A stretch of DNA of 64,000 nt from a virus (IMGVR_UViG_3300037851_000620:1-64000); one strand, 5' to 3'. Counted from the first letter of the stretch, positions 19,206-28,509 are shown. Notes: generated from the letters alone by a model not told the origin. Translations and numbers: made by a program.

Positions 19206-20588
19206 ATGCAATCGGTAAAATTGACCAATATTACGTTAATATTCAAGGTTGGGACTGACGATTCTGGTCATTGGGGACACTATGGTCGTCCAGGACTTGT
19301 TGGAGGCAGTCGTGCACGTCGTGGTCATCGTAGATCGGCTCCACCAATAGAGACATATGCTATAGAATCTCAATGGATTTACGGTGATTATGAAGTTGGA
19401 GAATTGGCTCGTACAGCAGACGAGCTTAGAAGGCAAATTAGACGCGATCGTGGCGAATTGATGTATCGATATATCAATTATCGTGGATATTCTCGTGAAG
19501 AAGCACGAGAACAAATTGCACAAGAGTTAGCATATTCTACTGAGCATTTGCAAGACGCTCGTCGCGAACTCGAACGTAGGATAAATGAGCTAATCTATAG
19601 AGGTGAAGTTCCAAACGATCTTTGGTATGTCGACGGTGCTCCAGACAATTATAACCAACTTTCATCTTTTGGACAGCCAGAAGGTTATAGCAATGCAGCA
19701 AGTCAGATGCTAGGAGATAGAGCACAAGAACCAACTCCTCAAATAGAACCAACTGTTGTGGCTCCTGCATCAGAAGCAGTACGAGCAAATGTTCAAAACA
19801 AGATGGTTGCTTTTATGCAGGATTGGCAATCAATTCCTATTGAAATATCCAATGACATTGTGCATGTAAACACAGCAGATTTTACACAAGAGGAAATAAG
19901 TCAATTAGAGCAAAAATTTGGCTTCAATTTGCAAGATATAAAGAAGATGGTGTATCTTCCAAACACAACTGCAAATGTATCTATCAGAATAGAATCCGAT
20001 TCGATGATAGGCATACGTGCATATATTTATCAGGCTGGTGAGAATGATACTAATGTTGCTTATTTAAATTACGAGCTGATGGCATCTGAAGGCAAGCCAA
20101 ATACATTTTATGCAGGATATTTGAAGATAGGAGATAGATTTAGAGACAAGGATTATGGCACAACTCTTGTAACTCGTCATGCAATGATGGCAAAAATGGC
20201 GGGATACAAGACTATGGAATTCAGTGCTGACATTACAATTGGTAAATATGCGTGGGCGAAAGAGGGTGCTAATTTCAAAGACAATGAAGGTCAATTGTTC
20301 CGTGCTAGGATGTTGATGAAGACATATGCTAGTGCAAAATTCGATGCTATTTATAGACAACCTGGTGTACGAGAAGCATTTATGGCATCGTTAAATAATT
20401 TACATTCCGCATACGATATTGCTACATTCAAATATCCTGGCATGACAACATACGGTAGATACATCAGAAACGATGATGTATCTAGAGATATGCCTTTAGA
20501 GTTTGGAAAAGCATTCTTGTTAGACGACGATTCTAACTTTGGCAGTTGGCATGCTGTTGTAGATTTGACTAAACTCGGAGGATTTTGA
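19206..20588 (+). CDS. KGG-tag protein 2 (degenerate tag) with C-terminal GNAT-like domain
   Basis: LIFK-VGTDDSGHWGHYGRPGLVGGS; GDRFRDKDYGTTL...ADITIGKYAWAKEGANF; SD GGAGG at 19190. Confidence 0.75.
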   Translation: MQSVKLTNITLIFKVGTDDSGHWGHYGRPGLVGGSRARRGHRRSAPPIETYAIESQWIYGDYEVGELARTADELRRQIRRDRGELMYRYINYRGYSREEAREQIAQELAYSTEHLQDARRELERRINELIYRGEVPNDLWYVDGAPDNYNQLSSFGQPEGYSNAASQMLGDRAQEPTPQIEPTVVAPASEAVRANVQNKMVAFMQDWQSIPIEISNDIVHVNTADFTQEEISQLEQKFGFNLQDIKKMVYLPNTTANVSIRIESDSMIGIRAYIYQAGENDTNVAYLNYELMASEGKPNTFYAGYLKIGDRFRDKDYGTTLVTRHAMMAKMAGYKTMEFSADITIGKYAWAKEGANFKDNEGQLFRARMLMKTYASAKFDAIYRQPGVREAFMASLNNLHSAYDIATFKYPGMTTYGRYIRNDDVSRDMPLEFGKAFLLDDDSNFGSWHAVVDLTKLGGF

Positions 20589-21925
20589 TGCTAATTATTT
20601 CCAAGCCAGAAGATGTGAATGGTGAGTCTGACAAAGACTTTTGGAAATCTGTTTTAGAAACTGATGAACCACTCGGAATCTTTGCTGTCGCTGGTGCTGC
20701 GGCAACACAATTACAGTCAGTTGAAAAGGGAGGCAAAGGTTCTGGTCACTTTGGGCACAGAGGCAGACCAGGACAGATTGGAGGTTCTGTTGGAGGCATT
20801 CCTACATCCCTTGGAGAAAGCACGAAAATATATTCATTAGATGAGATAAAATCTGAAGACCAAGAAGCATTAGCAAAAGCAAGAGAATATTATGCTCAAC
20901 AAACACTTGCTATTGGCGGGAATTTTATGAATCCTGTCAATATAGTTCAGTGGGACAGAGTGCCTGGTGGGTGGAATACTTATCATCCGAAAGCGATTCA
21001 CAATTTCAAAGTATATTTGTCAAAGATTTCTGGTGTTTTGTATGGAAATATTTCTGATGAGCTTGCTGCACGTTATGGAAGAGGTCTGTTGACAACAGAT
21101 GAGGCTGTTCTAGATGCAAAACGGCAAAGAAAGACTGCCAAATTGCGATTCAAAGGTGGTAAACTCGCTGAGGACAATGTAGTCCCGGAATTTATTCCGT
21201 TTGAGCCTGAGATTGTTACAAAGAAGGCTAAACTCCGCTTGAAGGGAGGTGCCGGCTCTGGTTTCCATAATCACGCTGGTCGTCCAGGCGAAATAGGAGG
21301 CTCAGCATCCAGAGGCACTGTAAAAGATACAAGCTATTATGAAGAAAGGGATGCAGTCGGCGAATATTGGAGCAGATTGAACAGTTTCTTGCAAGGTTGG
21401 GCTGTAGCTGATGAAAAGGACAGTAATGTTACAGCAATACAAGCAGCAGCTTCTAGAGCGTTTGGAGTGTCACAAGAAGAGAACTTTGTGTATGAAAGAT
21501 TTATGGAAAGAGTGCGTGTAGATCCTGCACAGTTTGAACAAGCAATCAAGAATTTATACGATTATACGCAATCAAAATTGGCAAAAGATTATCCTGAAGG
21601 TTATATTGAAGTTTACCGTGCGTTGCATAACGTATACGATTATGAACAATTTCCAACATCTGGTGAAGTGGATTTGAATGATGACATATTATCATCTTGG
21701 TCTAGGACGCCAGAAGGAGCAAAACAAGCAATTGAATATTGGGGGACAAAGCAAAGCTATCGCCTTGTGAAAACACGAATTCCTACAAAGGACATTCTCA
21801 TGTATCCAGGTTCTACGTGGGCAATGCGTAGACAGGTCGGTGAAGAGGAATTTGTTACAATCAATCGTGCTCCTCGCAAAGCAGAAGTCATCGAATCTGC
21901 ATTAGATAAGAGAGATAAATCATGA
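20588..21925 (+). CDS. KGG-tag protein 3 (two full tags plus a half tag) with C-terminal ADP-ribosyltransferase-like domain
   Basis: Tag Lys codons at 20726, 21152 (half) and 21242; VYRA...LSSWS...GEEEF R-S-E motifs. Confidence 0.75.
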   Translation: MLIISKPEDVNGESDKDFWKSVLETDEPLGIFAVAGAAATQLQSVEKGGKGSGHFGHRGRPGQIGGSVGGIPTSLGESTKIYSLDEIKSEDQEALAKAREYYAQQTLAIGGNFMNPVNIVQWDRVPGGWNTYHPKAIHNFKVYLSKISGVLYGNISDELAARYGRGLLTTDEAVLDAKRQRKTAKLRFKGGKLAEDNVVPEFIPFEPEIVTKKAKLRLKGGAGSGFHNHAGRPGEIGGSASRGTVKDTSYYEERDAVGEYWSRLNSFLQGWAVADEKDSNVTAIQAAASRAFGVSQEENFVYERFMERVRVDPAQFEQAIKNLYDYTQSKLAKDYPEGYIEVYRALHNVYDYEQFPTSGEVDLNDDILSSWSRTPEGAKQAIEYWGTKQSYRLVKTRIPTKDILMYPGSTWAMRRQVGEEEFVTINRAPRKAEVIESALDKRDKS

Positions 21926-22506
21926 AACTCAAAATCGTAACAAAAGGTGGTTCAGGTTCAGGTCATTTCAATCATGAAGGACGTCCTGGTGAACAGGGTG
22001 GTAGTTTGCCTGGTACTGGTGGTGGTGCGCAAGCATCCTCAACAAGCAATTCATTTGAAGTACATGGGTCTAAAGTCAGTGTCAAGCCAGGTAGATATGA
22101 AAATTCTTTCGCATATACTGTGACGTCTTCTGATGGTGTTACATACACAGATTACGAAAGATCAGAGGAACAGGCAAAGAAGAAAGCAACTACGCTGGCA
22201 AAACTATTCAACAGTCCTGAAGGTAGGGCAGCACATTTGGCTGCCTCTTCTATGGCGAGCCGAGCTGATTCTGTCGCTGAATTGAAGAACGTGTTTTATC
22301 GTCAGATGAAGAACGAAGTCATCGTTGCAGATATTGATGGCTTCTATGGAAACACTCAGGCTGCTATTGAGCTTGACGATATGAATAGATATGGCTTCAA
22401 GACTGTTGGCGACTTTGTTGCAGCCTTGGACAAAGGTGGTGCTTCGAAAGCAAAGCAAAAAAGAAGTCCCAAAGGTGCAGGTCGTTCATATTCTGTGTAT
22501 GACTAA
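21922..22506 (+). CDS. KGG-tag protein 4, cargo unknown
   Basis: MKLKIVTK-GGSGSGHFNHEGRPGEQGGS. Confidence 0.8.
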   Translation: MKLKIVTKGGSGSGHFNHEGRPGEQGGSLPGTGGGAQASSTSNSFEVHGSKVSVKPGRYENSFAYTVTSSDGVTYTDYERSEEQAKKKATTLAKLFNSPEGRAAHLAASSMASRADSVAELKNVFYRQMKNEVIVADIDGFYGNTQAAIELDDMNRYGFKTVGDFVAALDKGGASKAKQKRSPKGAGRSYSVYD

Positions 22507-22605
22507 ACACGTAAAGAGCAAGCATTTCCAAACTATCTCTTTTCACATGTGTTCGCACGTAAATCATATCAAACAGGTAAATCATTTCGGAATGCTTCTT
22601 AGACT

Positions 22606-24462
22606 ATGCTAGAATCGAATGCTTCAACACCCACGTCAATTATAGACCTGATCCGAAGTGTTTCCATACACGTCTCAGGAAACAATACGTATGCTAGATT
22701 CAGGAAAATGTATGGACACGACAGGATAGCATTCGTGTATGATTGCTTGCCGACATTTGCCAAAACGATGGCTCCATATCAAGAGGAAATATTAGGATAC
22801 TTTGACAATGGTCATTACAGGGTTGCTGTAAGAGGTCCACACGGATTAGGAAAGACGGCAATCGCAAGCATATTGGTTCACCATGGAGTTTTGACAGCAG
22901 AAACAGATGCCAAGGTTGCTACAACGGCATCAGCGTGGCGGCAGTTGGAAAAGTATCTATGGCCAGAGATTAAGAAATCCGCAAAGTTTCTAGAGTGGTC
23001 TGAGATAGGAAGAGGGATATATACAAGGGAAGAACTCCTCACAATGAGTATCAAGTTGAACCAAGGGATTGTAGAGGCATTTGCTGTAGCAAGCGATGAC
23101 CATACTACAATTGAGGGTGCGCACGCAACACGAATGTTCTATGTTTTTGACGAAGCCAAGACGATACCAGGACCAACTTGGGACGCAGCAGAGGGTGCGT
23201 TTAGTAATGAAGGATTAACAATATCAGAATACGAAAGAGGAACTCCAGTAACAGGGTTAGAAAATAATTTATATAATAGTAATTCCCCTAATGGAGAAAG
23301 TAGTATAGGAAACGATTCCCGTAATGCCGTAGGTGCAGAGAACAAAAGTTCCAGTGCTGTGTATGCACGTGCTTCTGTAGAGGGTATTCAGAAGAGTGGT
23401 TCTAATAGTGTAGCAAACAAGTCCAAATCAGTCCTTCAGAACCCACCCCTGGTCGTCCCTCATGGGCAAGGGATTGCTTCCACACGTACTCCTGCAAGCA
23501 CGTTGCCAGCAACCATGTCTCCACCACGTGTCTCTGACATGATCGAGGATCACAGGCAATCACAAGTAATTAGCACTGCAAGCACTATCTATGAAGCATT
23601 AGCACTTGCAATCAGCACGCCTGGTGATCCAACAGGTCGGTTCTTTGATATACACATGCATAAGCCAGGGTATGAGGATTGGCATACTAGACACGTCACT
23701 CTAGAAGAAAGCATAGCAGCAGGACGTATTAGCAGGAAGTGGGCAGAGCAACGTGCTAGACAGTGGGGAGAAGAGAGTGCTGTGTATCAGAATCGTGTGC
23801 TTGGTGAGTTTGCTGATAACAGTGAGGATGGCATCATCCCTCGATCGTGGGTGTTACAAGCAAACGAGCGATGGCAAGCTAAACACAGGGCGGGCACACT
23901 AGACGATGATTCTCCTCGCATCCTTGGTGTAGACGTGGCACGTGGCGGCGAAGACAAAACGGTCATCGCTGTGAGGAACGGTGCGGCGGTCTCTAAAATT
24001 CACATATATTCGAAACTTGCGACCACGTCTGTCACAGGGCACGTGAAGAGTTTAGCGTCAGGCAGGAATATCCACATAGAGACTGACGGTGGTCTCGGTG
24101 CTGCGGTATATGATATGCTGAGGGAACAAGGGATTACAGGCTTGCGACCGATTACCGTGTCCGGGAGCACGTTCTTCCGAGACAAGAGTAAGGAATTGAC
24201 TTTTATCAATGTTCGTGCTGCTATGTGGTGGCACATGAGGGAATTATTGGATCCGCACTATGGGAGCGATATATGCTTGCCACCACTGGAGGAATTGACT
24301 GCGGATTTGACGACACCACGGTGGGAGATAATGAAAGACGCCAGAGTTAAACTTGAATCAAAAGACGAAATTAGCAAGCGTTTGGGAAGAAGCACGGATT
24401 ATGGAGACGCTGTTTGCTTGGCATTCTGGAATTCATCAACTGGTGGAGGAGTAGTGTTCTAA
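22606..24462 (+). CDS. terL: Terminase large subunit with ~125 aa low-complexity insertion
   Basis: GPHGLGKT (Walker A), VFDEA (Walker B), AISTP, RVLGEF, LGVDVARGGEDKT nuclease motif, STDYGDA. Confidence 0.92.
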   Translation: MLESNASTPTSIIDLIRSVSIHVSGNNTYARFRKMYGHDRIAFVYDCLPTFAKTMAPYQEEILGYFDNGHYRVAVRGPHGLGKTAIASILVHHGVLTAETDAKVATTASAWRQLEKYLWPEIKKSAKFLEWSEIGRGIYTREELLTMSIKLNQGIVEAFAVASDDHTTIEGAHATRMFYVFDEAKTIPGPTWDAAEGAFSNEGLTISEYERGTPVTGLENNLYNSNSPNGESSIGNDSRNAVGAENKSSSAVYARASVEGIQKSGSNSVANKSKSVLQNPPLVVPHGQGIASTRTPASTLPATMSPPRVSDMIEDHRQSQVISTASTIYEALALAISTPGDPTGRFFDIHMHKPGYEDWHTRHVTLEESIAAGRISRKWAEQRARQWGEESAVYQNRVLGEFADNSEDGIIPRSWVLQANERWQAKHRAGTLDDDSPRILGVDVARGGEDKTVIAVRNGAAVSKIHIYSKLATTSVTGHVKSLASGRNIHIETDGGLGAAVYDMLREQGITGLRPITVSGSTFFRDKSKELTFINVRAAMWWHMRELLDPHYGSDICLPPLEELTADLTTPRWEIMKDARVKLESKDEISKRLGRSTDYGDAVCLAFWNSSTGGGVVF

Positions 24463-24827
24463 TGAACGATCTTCTTGAAAGACGTGCTAGATTCGTGTAT
24501 GAAGGTGCAAGGCTTGCAAACATATCAACGAATGCTCCTATCAATCCTGTGCCATGGGAAGAACGCGAAGAGAGCTTCAAAGTACAGTTCTGTGAAGTGA
24601 TTGACAGGCAAATGAGCGATGCACGATCGATGTCTCCAGAAGAACTGCATGGATCGTGGATGCAAGCATACTACACGATGGGATGGAAGTATGGCGAAGT
24701 GTATGATCGCGAGAACAAAATACACCCAGATCTTGTGCCATTTTCTATGCTTCACAAACTTGAGCAAGACAAAGATGGGATTTTCATTGCACTATGTGAA
24801 ATAGCACGGTTATGGATAACATCATGA
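24462..24827 (+). CDS. RyR-domain protein
   Basis: H.SWM......GWKYGEVYDRENKIHPDLVPF..L...EQDKD. Confidence 0.75.
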   Translation: MNDLLERRARFVYEGARLANISTNAPINPVPWEEREESFKVQFCEVIDRQMSDARSMSPEELHGSWMQAYYTMGWKYGEVYDRENKIHPDLVPFSMLHKLEQDKDGIFIALCEIARLWITS

Positions 24828-25169
24828 AACTAATCATTCGTCACAAAGGTGGTCCAGGCTCTGGATTCTATGGACACGTTGGACGTCCAGGTCAGGTGGG
24901 AGGATCACAAGCGTCTAATACACAAACATATACAAAGCCATCAAAAGAGACACATGCTGGTCTTCTAGACACACGTAAAAATCCATTCGTGCCTGGAGCG
25001 TGGAGATCTTGGCTTCTGTGCGGATATTGTATACAGAAGCATCAAGAAGTGGGCAGGAAAAGGTTTGCAAAGCATTGATTATGAAGCGTATGCTGAGATC
25101 CTTACCAGACTCAATTTACTTGATGAATATGCTGCGTGCATAGAAATCATGAAGAAGTATATGCCATGA
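24824..25169 (+). pseudogene. KGG-tag protein 5, apparently frameshifted (+1) at the A5 run 24977-24981
   Basis: MKLIIRHK-GGPGSGFYGHVGRPGQVGGS; the +1 frame continues IHSCLERGDLGFCADIVYRS...MKKYMP to TGA 25169, overlapping the next ATG (ATGA). Confidence 0.6.
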
Positions 25170-25750
25170 AATTTATTCTTTGCGCAGGTCAGGCTACACG
25201 GTGGATTTATCATACACCAAAACAACTCATCGAAGTCGATGGCGAGTCGTTGTTGTATAGAACAGAAAGGCTCATTGGAAATACTGGGATAGTTGTGTCG
25301 TCTAATAAAGGTATATTGAAGCACGCACAAGCGTACGAGTTCCGCACTCACATCCCAGTTTGGCAAGAAACTATCGTACACTCTATTGTGTCTACTGCTA
25401 ATCTTTGGGAAGACGTCAATACGTTCTATCTTGGAGACGTGTACTTCACAGACGAGTGTATGAAGACAATAGAGACGAGTGTGGTGTACGATATCCATTT
25501 CATCGGTTCGAAGCGTGAGATATTTGCTGTAAAGATTAGGAATACAGATATGTCGAAGGGCATGCTGACTGCGTGCACACGCATTGAGGATTGCAAACTT
25601 TGGAATTTGTATTATTACATAGCATTAGGTAATGCAAAGCCAGGCAATCATACAGAGCCGTTGTCAGACAGCCTGTTTACCGTTATAGACGATAAAACAC
25701 GTGACTTTGATCAATATTCGGACTATATAAATTTTAGGCGCAATAGATGA
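25166..25750 (+). CDS. Sugar-phosphate nucleotidyltransferase-like protein
   Basis: ILCAGQATRW..PKQLIEVDGESLL.R, LGDVYF, DFD. Confidence 0.7.
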   Translation: MKFILCAGQATRWIYHTPKQLIEVDGESLLYRTERLIGNTGIVVSSNKGILKHAQAYEFRTHIPVWQETIVHSIVSTANLWEDVNTFYLGDVYFTDECMKTIETSVVYDIHFIGSKREIFAVKIRNTDMSKGMLTACTRIEDCKLWNLYYYIALGNAKPGNHTEPLSDSLFTVIDDKTRDFDQYSDYINFRRNR

Positions 25751-26240
25751 TAGAGACACTGACCTGGATTCTTCCTAGACCAAGAACAAATCCTTCATAT
25801 AAAGGAGGATTTCCACGTCACTTTGAAGTGAAACTGATGCGCTTGTATAACATGCCAGACCTTGTGCTTCATCCTTTTGAGGAAAGGCAGAGTGGGGGAT
25901 GGTACAAGATCTTAAGTTAGATATTGAGCCAGACATTGTTGCAGATGCTCACAATTTACCATATGATGATGAAACGTTCGATTTTATTGTGTTCGATCCT
26001 CCATATTCTGCACAAGAATCTGAATATATGTATGGTACTCCTCCTATCAGGCTTATCTATTGCGTGAATGAATCTGTGCGTGTGTTGAAGACAGGAGGTT
26101 ATATAGCTTTATACCATCGAGTTTGGATTCCTCGTCCAAAACATACAAAATACGATAAGAGGATATTAGTTTGTCCTGGGCAATGGCATGAGACGAGAAC
26201 GTGTCATGTATTTCAGAAGTACGCTGGAGAATATAAGTGA
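25747..26240 (+). pseudogene. SAM-dependent (DNA N6A/N4C-type) methyltransferase split by a 1-bp deletion near 25879
   Basis: Frame 1 gives MIETLTWILPRPR...GGFPRHFE...LHPF; the next frame gives (G)GKAEWG...DIVADAHNLPY...FDPPYS...EsVRVLKTGG; inserting one G restores ttt-gga-gga. Confidence 0.65.
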
Positions 26241-26491
26241 AGAAAAATGCATCTGTAATTGCAAAAGCTGCTAAAATTATTGACGATTTACGCAAAGAAA
26301 ACGCTCAATTGCGTAAAATCAATGCTGAAAACACGCTATTATTGTGTATTTTATGTCTAAATCAGCCAGAATATACACTTGTTGCAATGAAACAGGACTT
26401 TGATCCTAGGAATTATGTCTTGAAGCGTAATTATAATAGCGAAACAAGCCAATATACAGTACAATTGGTTAAAAAAGAGGAATCTTTATGA
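26237..26491 (+). CDS. Hypothetical protein
   Basis: 84 aa ORF coupled to its neighbours. Confidence 0.6.
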   Translation: MKKNASVIAKAAKIIDDLRKENAQLRKINAENTLLLCILCLNQPEYTLVAMKQDFDPRNYVLKRNYNSETSQYTVQLVKKEESL

Positions 26492-26724
26492 TTTATGTAG
26501 ACGATATGCGCGACGGTTGGTGCCACATGGTAACAGATGGCGACATTGAAGAATTGCATACGTTTGCTCAAGGCATAGGTCTGAAACGTTCCTGGTTTCA
26601 GATTACAAACAATCCGCACTACGATTTGAAAGGCTTCGCGAAGCGCGAAGAGGCAATAAAGAATGGAGCCAAGCCTGTGACGTCACGTGAAATGATTTCC
26701 ATTCTAAGGAGTGTGCGTGCATGA
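26488..26724 (+). CDS. DUF4031-like protein
   Basis: MIYVDD...WCHMVTD...EELH.FA..IGLKRSWFQ...HYDL...R..AI..GA. Confidence 0.75.
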   Translation: MIYVDDMRDGWCHMVTDGDIEELHTFAQGIGLKRSWFQITNNPHYDLKGFAKREEAIKNGAKPVTSREMISILRSVRA

Positions 26725-27401
26725 AGATAAGACTGAAGATAAGACTGAAGATAAGACTGAAGGGAGGCTCAGGTTCTGGTCACTTTGATCATGCAGGCAT
26801 TCCTGGGCATCAAGGTGGCAGTCTGCCAGGGAATTCAACTGCTGTTTCATATTCAGGTGTGTCGACAACTGCTACATCGCGTTCAAGAATGCCAGAAGCC
26901 AATAGAGTCATGCTACAAAATATTGCAAAACGTCTTGGATATAACAAGCCACTCGTTTTTAAAGACACTGTTAATCCAGGAGATTCCAACTTGATGGGCG
27001 ATTATGATGTCGAAACAGGCGTCATAACAATATACGATAATGCTTGGAGAGAGGGAGTATCTAAACAGGCTGTTGCTCATGAAGTCACGCATGCACAGTA
27101 TCACGATGTTCTTGATGCTGTGGTGAATGAAGATGCACGTGTTGATAATTACACACGCTTTGTTCAAAATAATTGGGACTCATTGTACGAAGCTGGGTCT
27201 AAGATAGAATGGTCAGATTATGCAAAGTCCTTCTGGGACGATACGTCTCCAGACGACGAGATTGACCATGCATTAGGTGAAACATATGCTGAGCTTGCTA
27301 GATTAGAAAGCAAGCAAATAGACATTTCTGGCAAGTTCGGGGACTCTATTTTGATACAATCTTACAGGGAGTTCAAGAAAGCATATGAAAACATCAAGTA
27401 G
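26721..27401 (+). CDS. KGG-tag protein 6 with zincin metallopeptidase domain
   Basis: MKIRLKIRLKIRLK-GGSGSGHFDHAGIPGHQGGS; AHEVTH...SDYA...GETYAE. Confidence 0.8.
   Translation: MKIRLKIRLKIRLKGGSGSGHFDHAGIPGHQGGSLPGNSTAVSYSGVSTTATSRSRMPEANRVMLQNIAKRLGYNKPLVFKDTVNPGDSNLMGDYDVETGVITIYDNAWREGVSKQAVAHEVTHAQYHDVLDAVVNEDARVDNYTRFVQNNWDSLYEAGSKIEWSDYAKSFWDDTSPDDEIDHALGETYAELARLESKQIDISGKFGDSILIQSYREFKKAYENIK
26723..26762 (+). repeat. 12-bp tandem repeat (gaagataagact)x3 encoding KIRL x3
   Basis: Direct reading of the sequence. Confidence 0.95.
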
Positions 27402-28506
27402 AGTTATGTATTTAGACGATGACTTCAATATAGTCTCAAAAGACAAGGCGACTATTTCCAAAGTCTGGAAGGCTGATGGAAGCATAGAATTTCGTGCTAT
27501 GCGATCTACGAAAGTGCGTTTGAAGGGAGGCTCAGGCTCTGGGCATTTCCAACATCGTGGTCGTCCAGGACAAGTTGGTGGAAGCACAGCAGATAATCAA
27601 GCTGCATATGAGGCACGATTAGCAGCAGCATTGAATGCTGAGGACACTGATAAGTGGGAAGCTGACAAGGTAAAAGATTTGCTTGCAGATACGAGTCGTT
27701 GGGAGTTAGATACATCTTATGCTACAGAGCGTGGTGCTAATGGTATCTCAAAGACTGCAAAAATCCATATCCAAGGTGATGGCTATGCTATCATCAAACA
27801 GCCGTATTATAAAGATCCGGCAATGCCAGGCGATGTGTCTGTATATTCCACTGAGAATGATCCTTACAAAGAAGAAGATACTTATTTGTTAGCACAAGCT
27901 CTTGGTTGGGATGTCGTTCCTGTTGGTGCATATGCAAGTGATACAAAAAACATTGTTGGTGGAGGTTTAGTATCTGTTCAACAGTGGGTTGACGATGTGC
28001 AAAGTGTGCACAGTTATATGGGAAAACCACAAAAAGACAAAGACGTCGATCTTGAAAGATTTAGACAGGTTGCGTGGATCGATACTATTACAGGAAACTA
28101 TGATCGTCATGGTGCTAATTTATTGATAAAAAGTGTGAATGGTGTTGCAACTCCTGTGGCTATCGACAATGGCATAGCGTGGGATATAAAACGTTACGAT
28201 TATGATCGTAAGGTTCGAGACAGTGGTTTGTCATTCTACGACAATGTCATGAATTCGGACAGTCATTATGGCGATGTACTTTCGCAAACACAGGCGCATA
28301 ACAATGAAGGAAGATTTCCATTAGGAAAACAGATATCTCGTAGACAATACAATCAAGTGAAATCATTCTTAGACACTGATAGTCCAACTCGTAGACAGTT
28401 TATCTCGCATTATGGAGATGAATGGCTTGCGCGAGCAAAATTGCGTGTGGATGGTGTGCGAGAATCTGCAGACAGACGCCTGTTTGGATACTCGTGGACA
28501 GACTGA
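27385..28506 (+). CDS. KGG-tag protein 7 with PI3/4-kinase-like (HipA-like) domain
   Basis: KVRLK-GGSGSGHFQHRGRPGQVGGS after a 46 aa leader; IIK..E..YLLA.ALG..VVP, SVQQW, GNYDRHGANLL, AIDNG. Confidence 0.8.
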   Translation: MKTSSRVMYLDDDFNIVSKDKATISKVWKADGSIEFRAMRSTKVRLKGGSGSGHFQHRGRPGQVGGSTADNQAAYEARLAAALNAEDTDKWEADKVKDLLADTSRWELDTSYATERGANGISKTAKIHIQGDGYAIIKQPYYKDPAMPGDVSVYSTENDPYKEEDTYLLAQALGWDVVPVGAYASDTKNIVGGGLVSVQQWVDDVQSVHSYMGKPQKDKDVDLERFRQVAWIDTITGNYDRHGANLLIKSVNGVATPVAIDNGIAWDIKRYDYDRKVRDSGLSFYDNVMNSDSHYGDVLSQTQAHNNEGRFPLGKQISRRQYNQVKSFLDTDSPTRRQFISHYGDEWLARAKLRVDGVRESADRRLFGYSWTD

Positions 28507-28509
28507 GGA

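Noticed and set aside
23221-23592. TerL insertion as an intein
   Set aside because: No N-terminal Cys/Ser block A, no His-Asn followed by Cys/Ser/Thr, no homing endonuclease motifs.
25795-25825. YKGGFPRH in the methyltransferase as another tag copy
   Set aside because: Lacks GSG, H-x-G and PGxxGGS; it belongs to the methyltransferase N-terminal motif.
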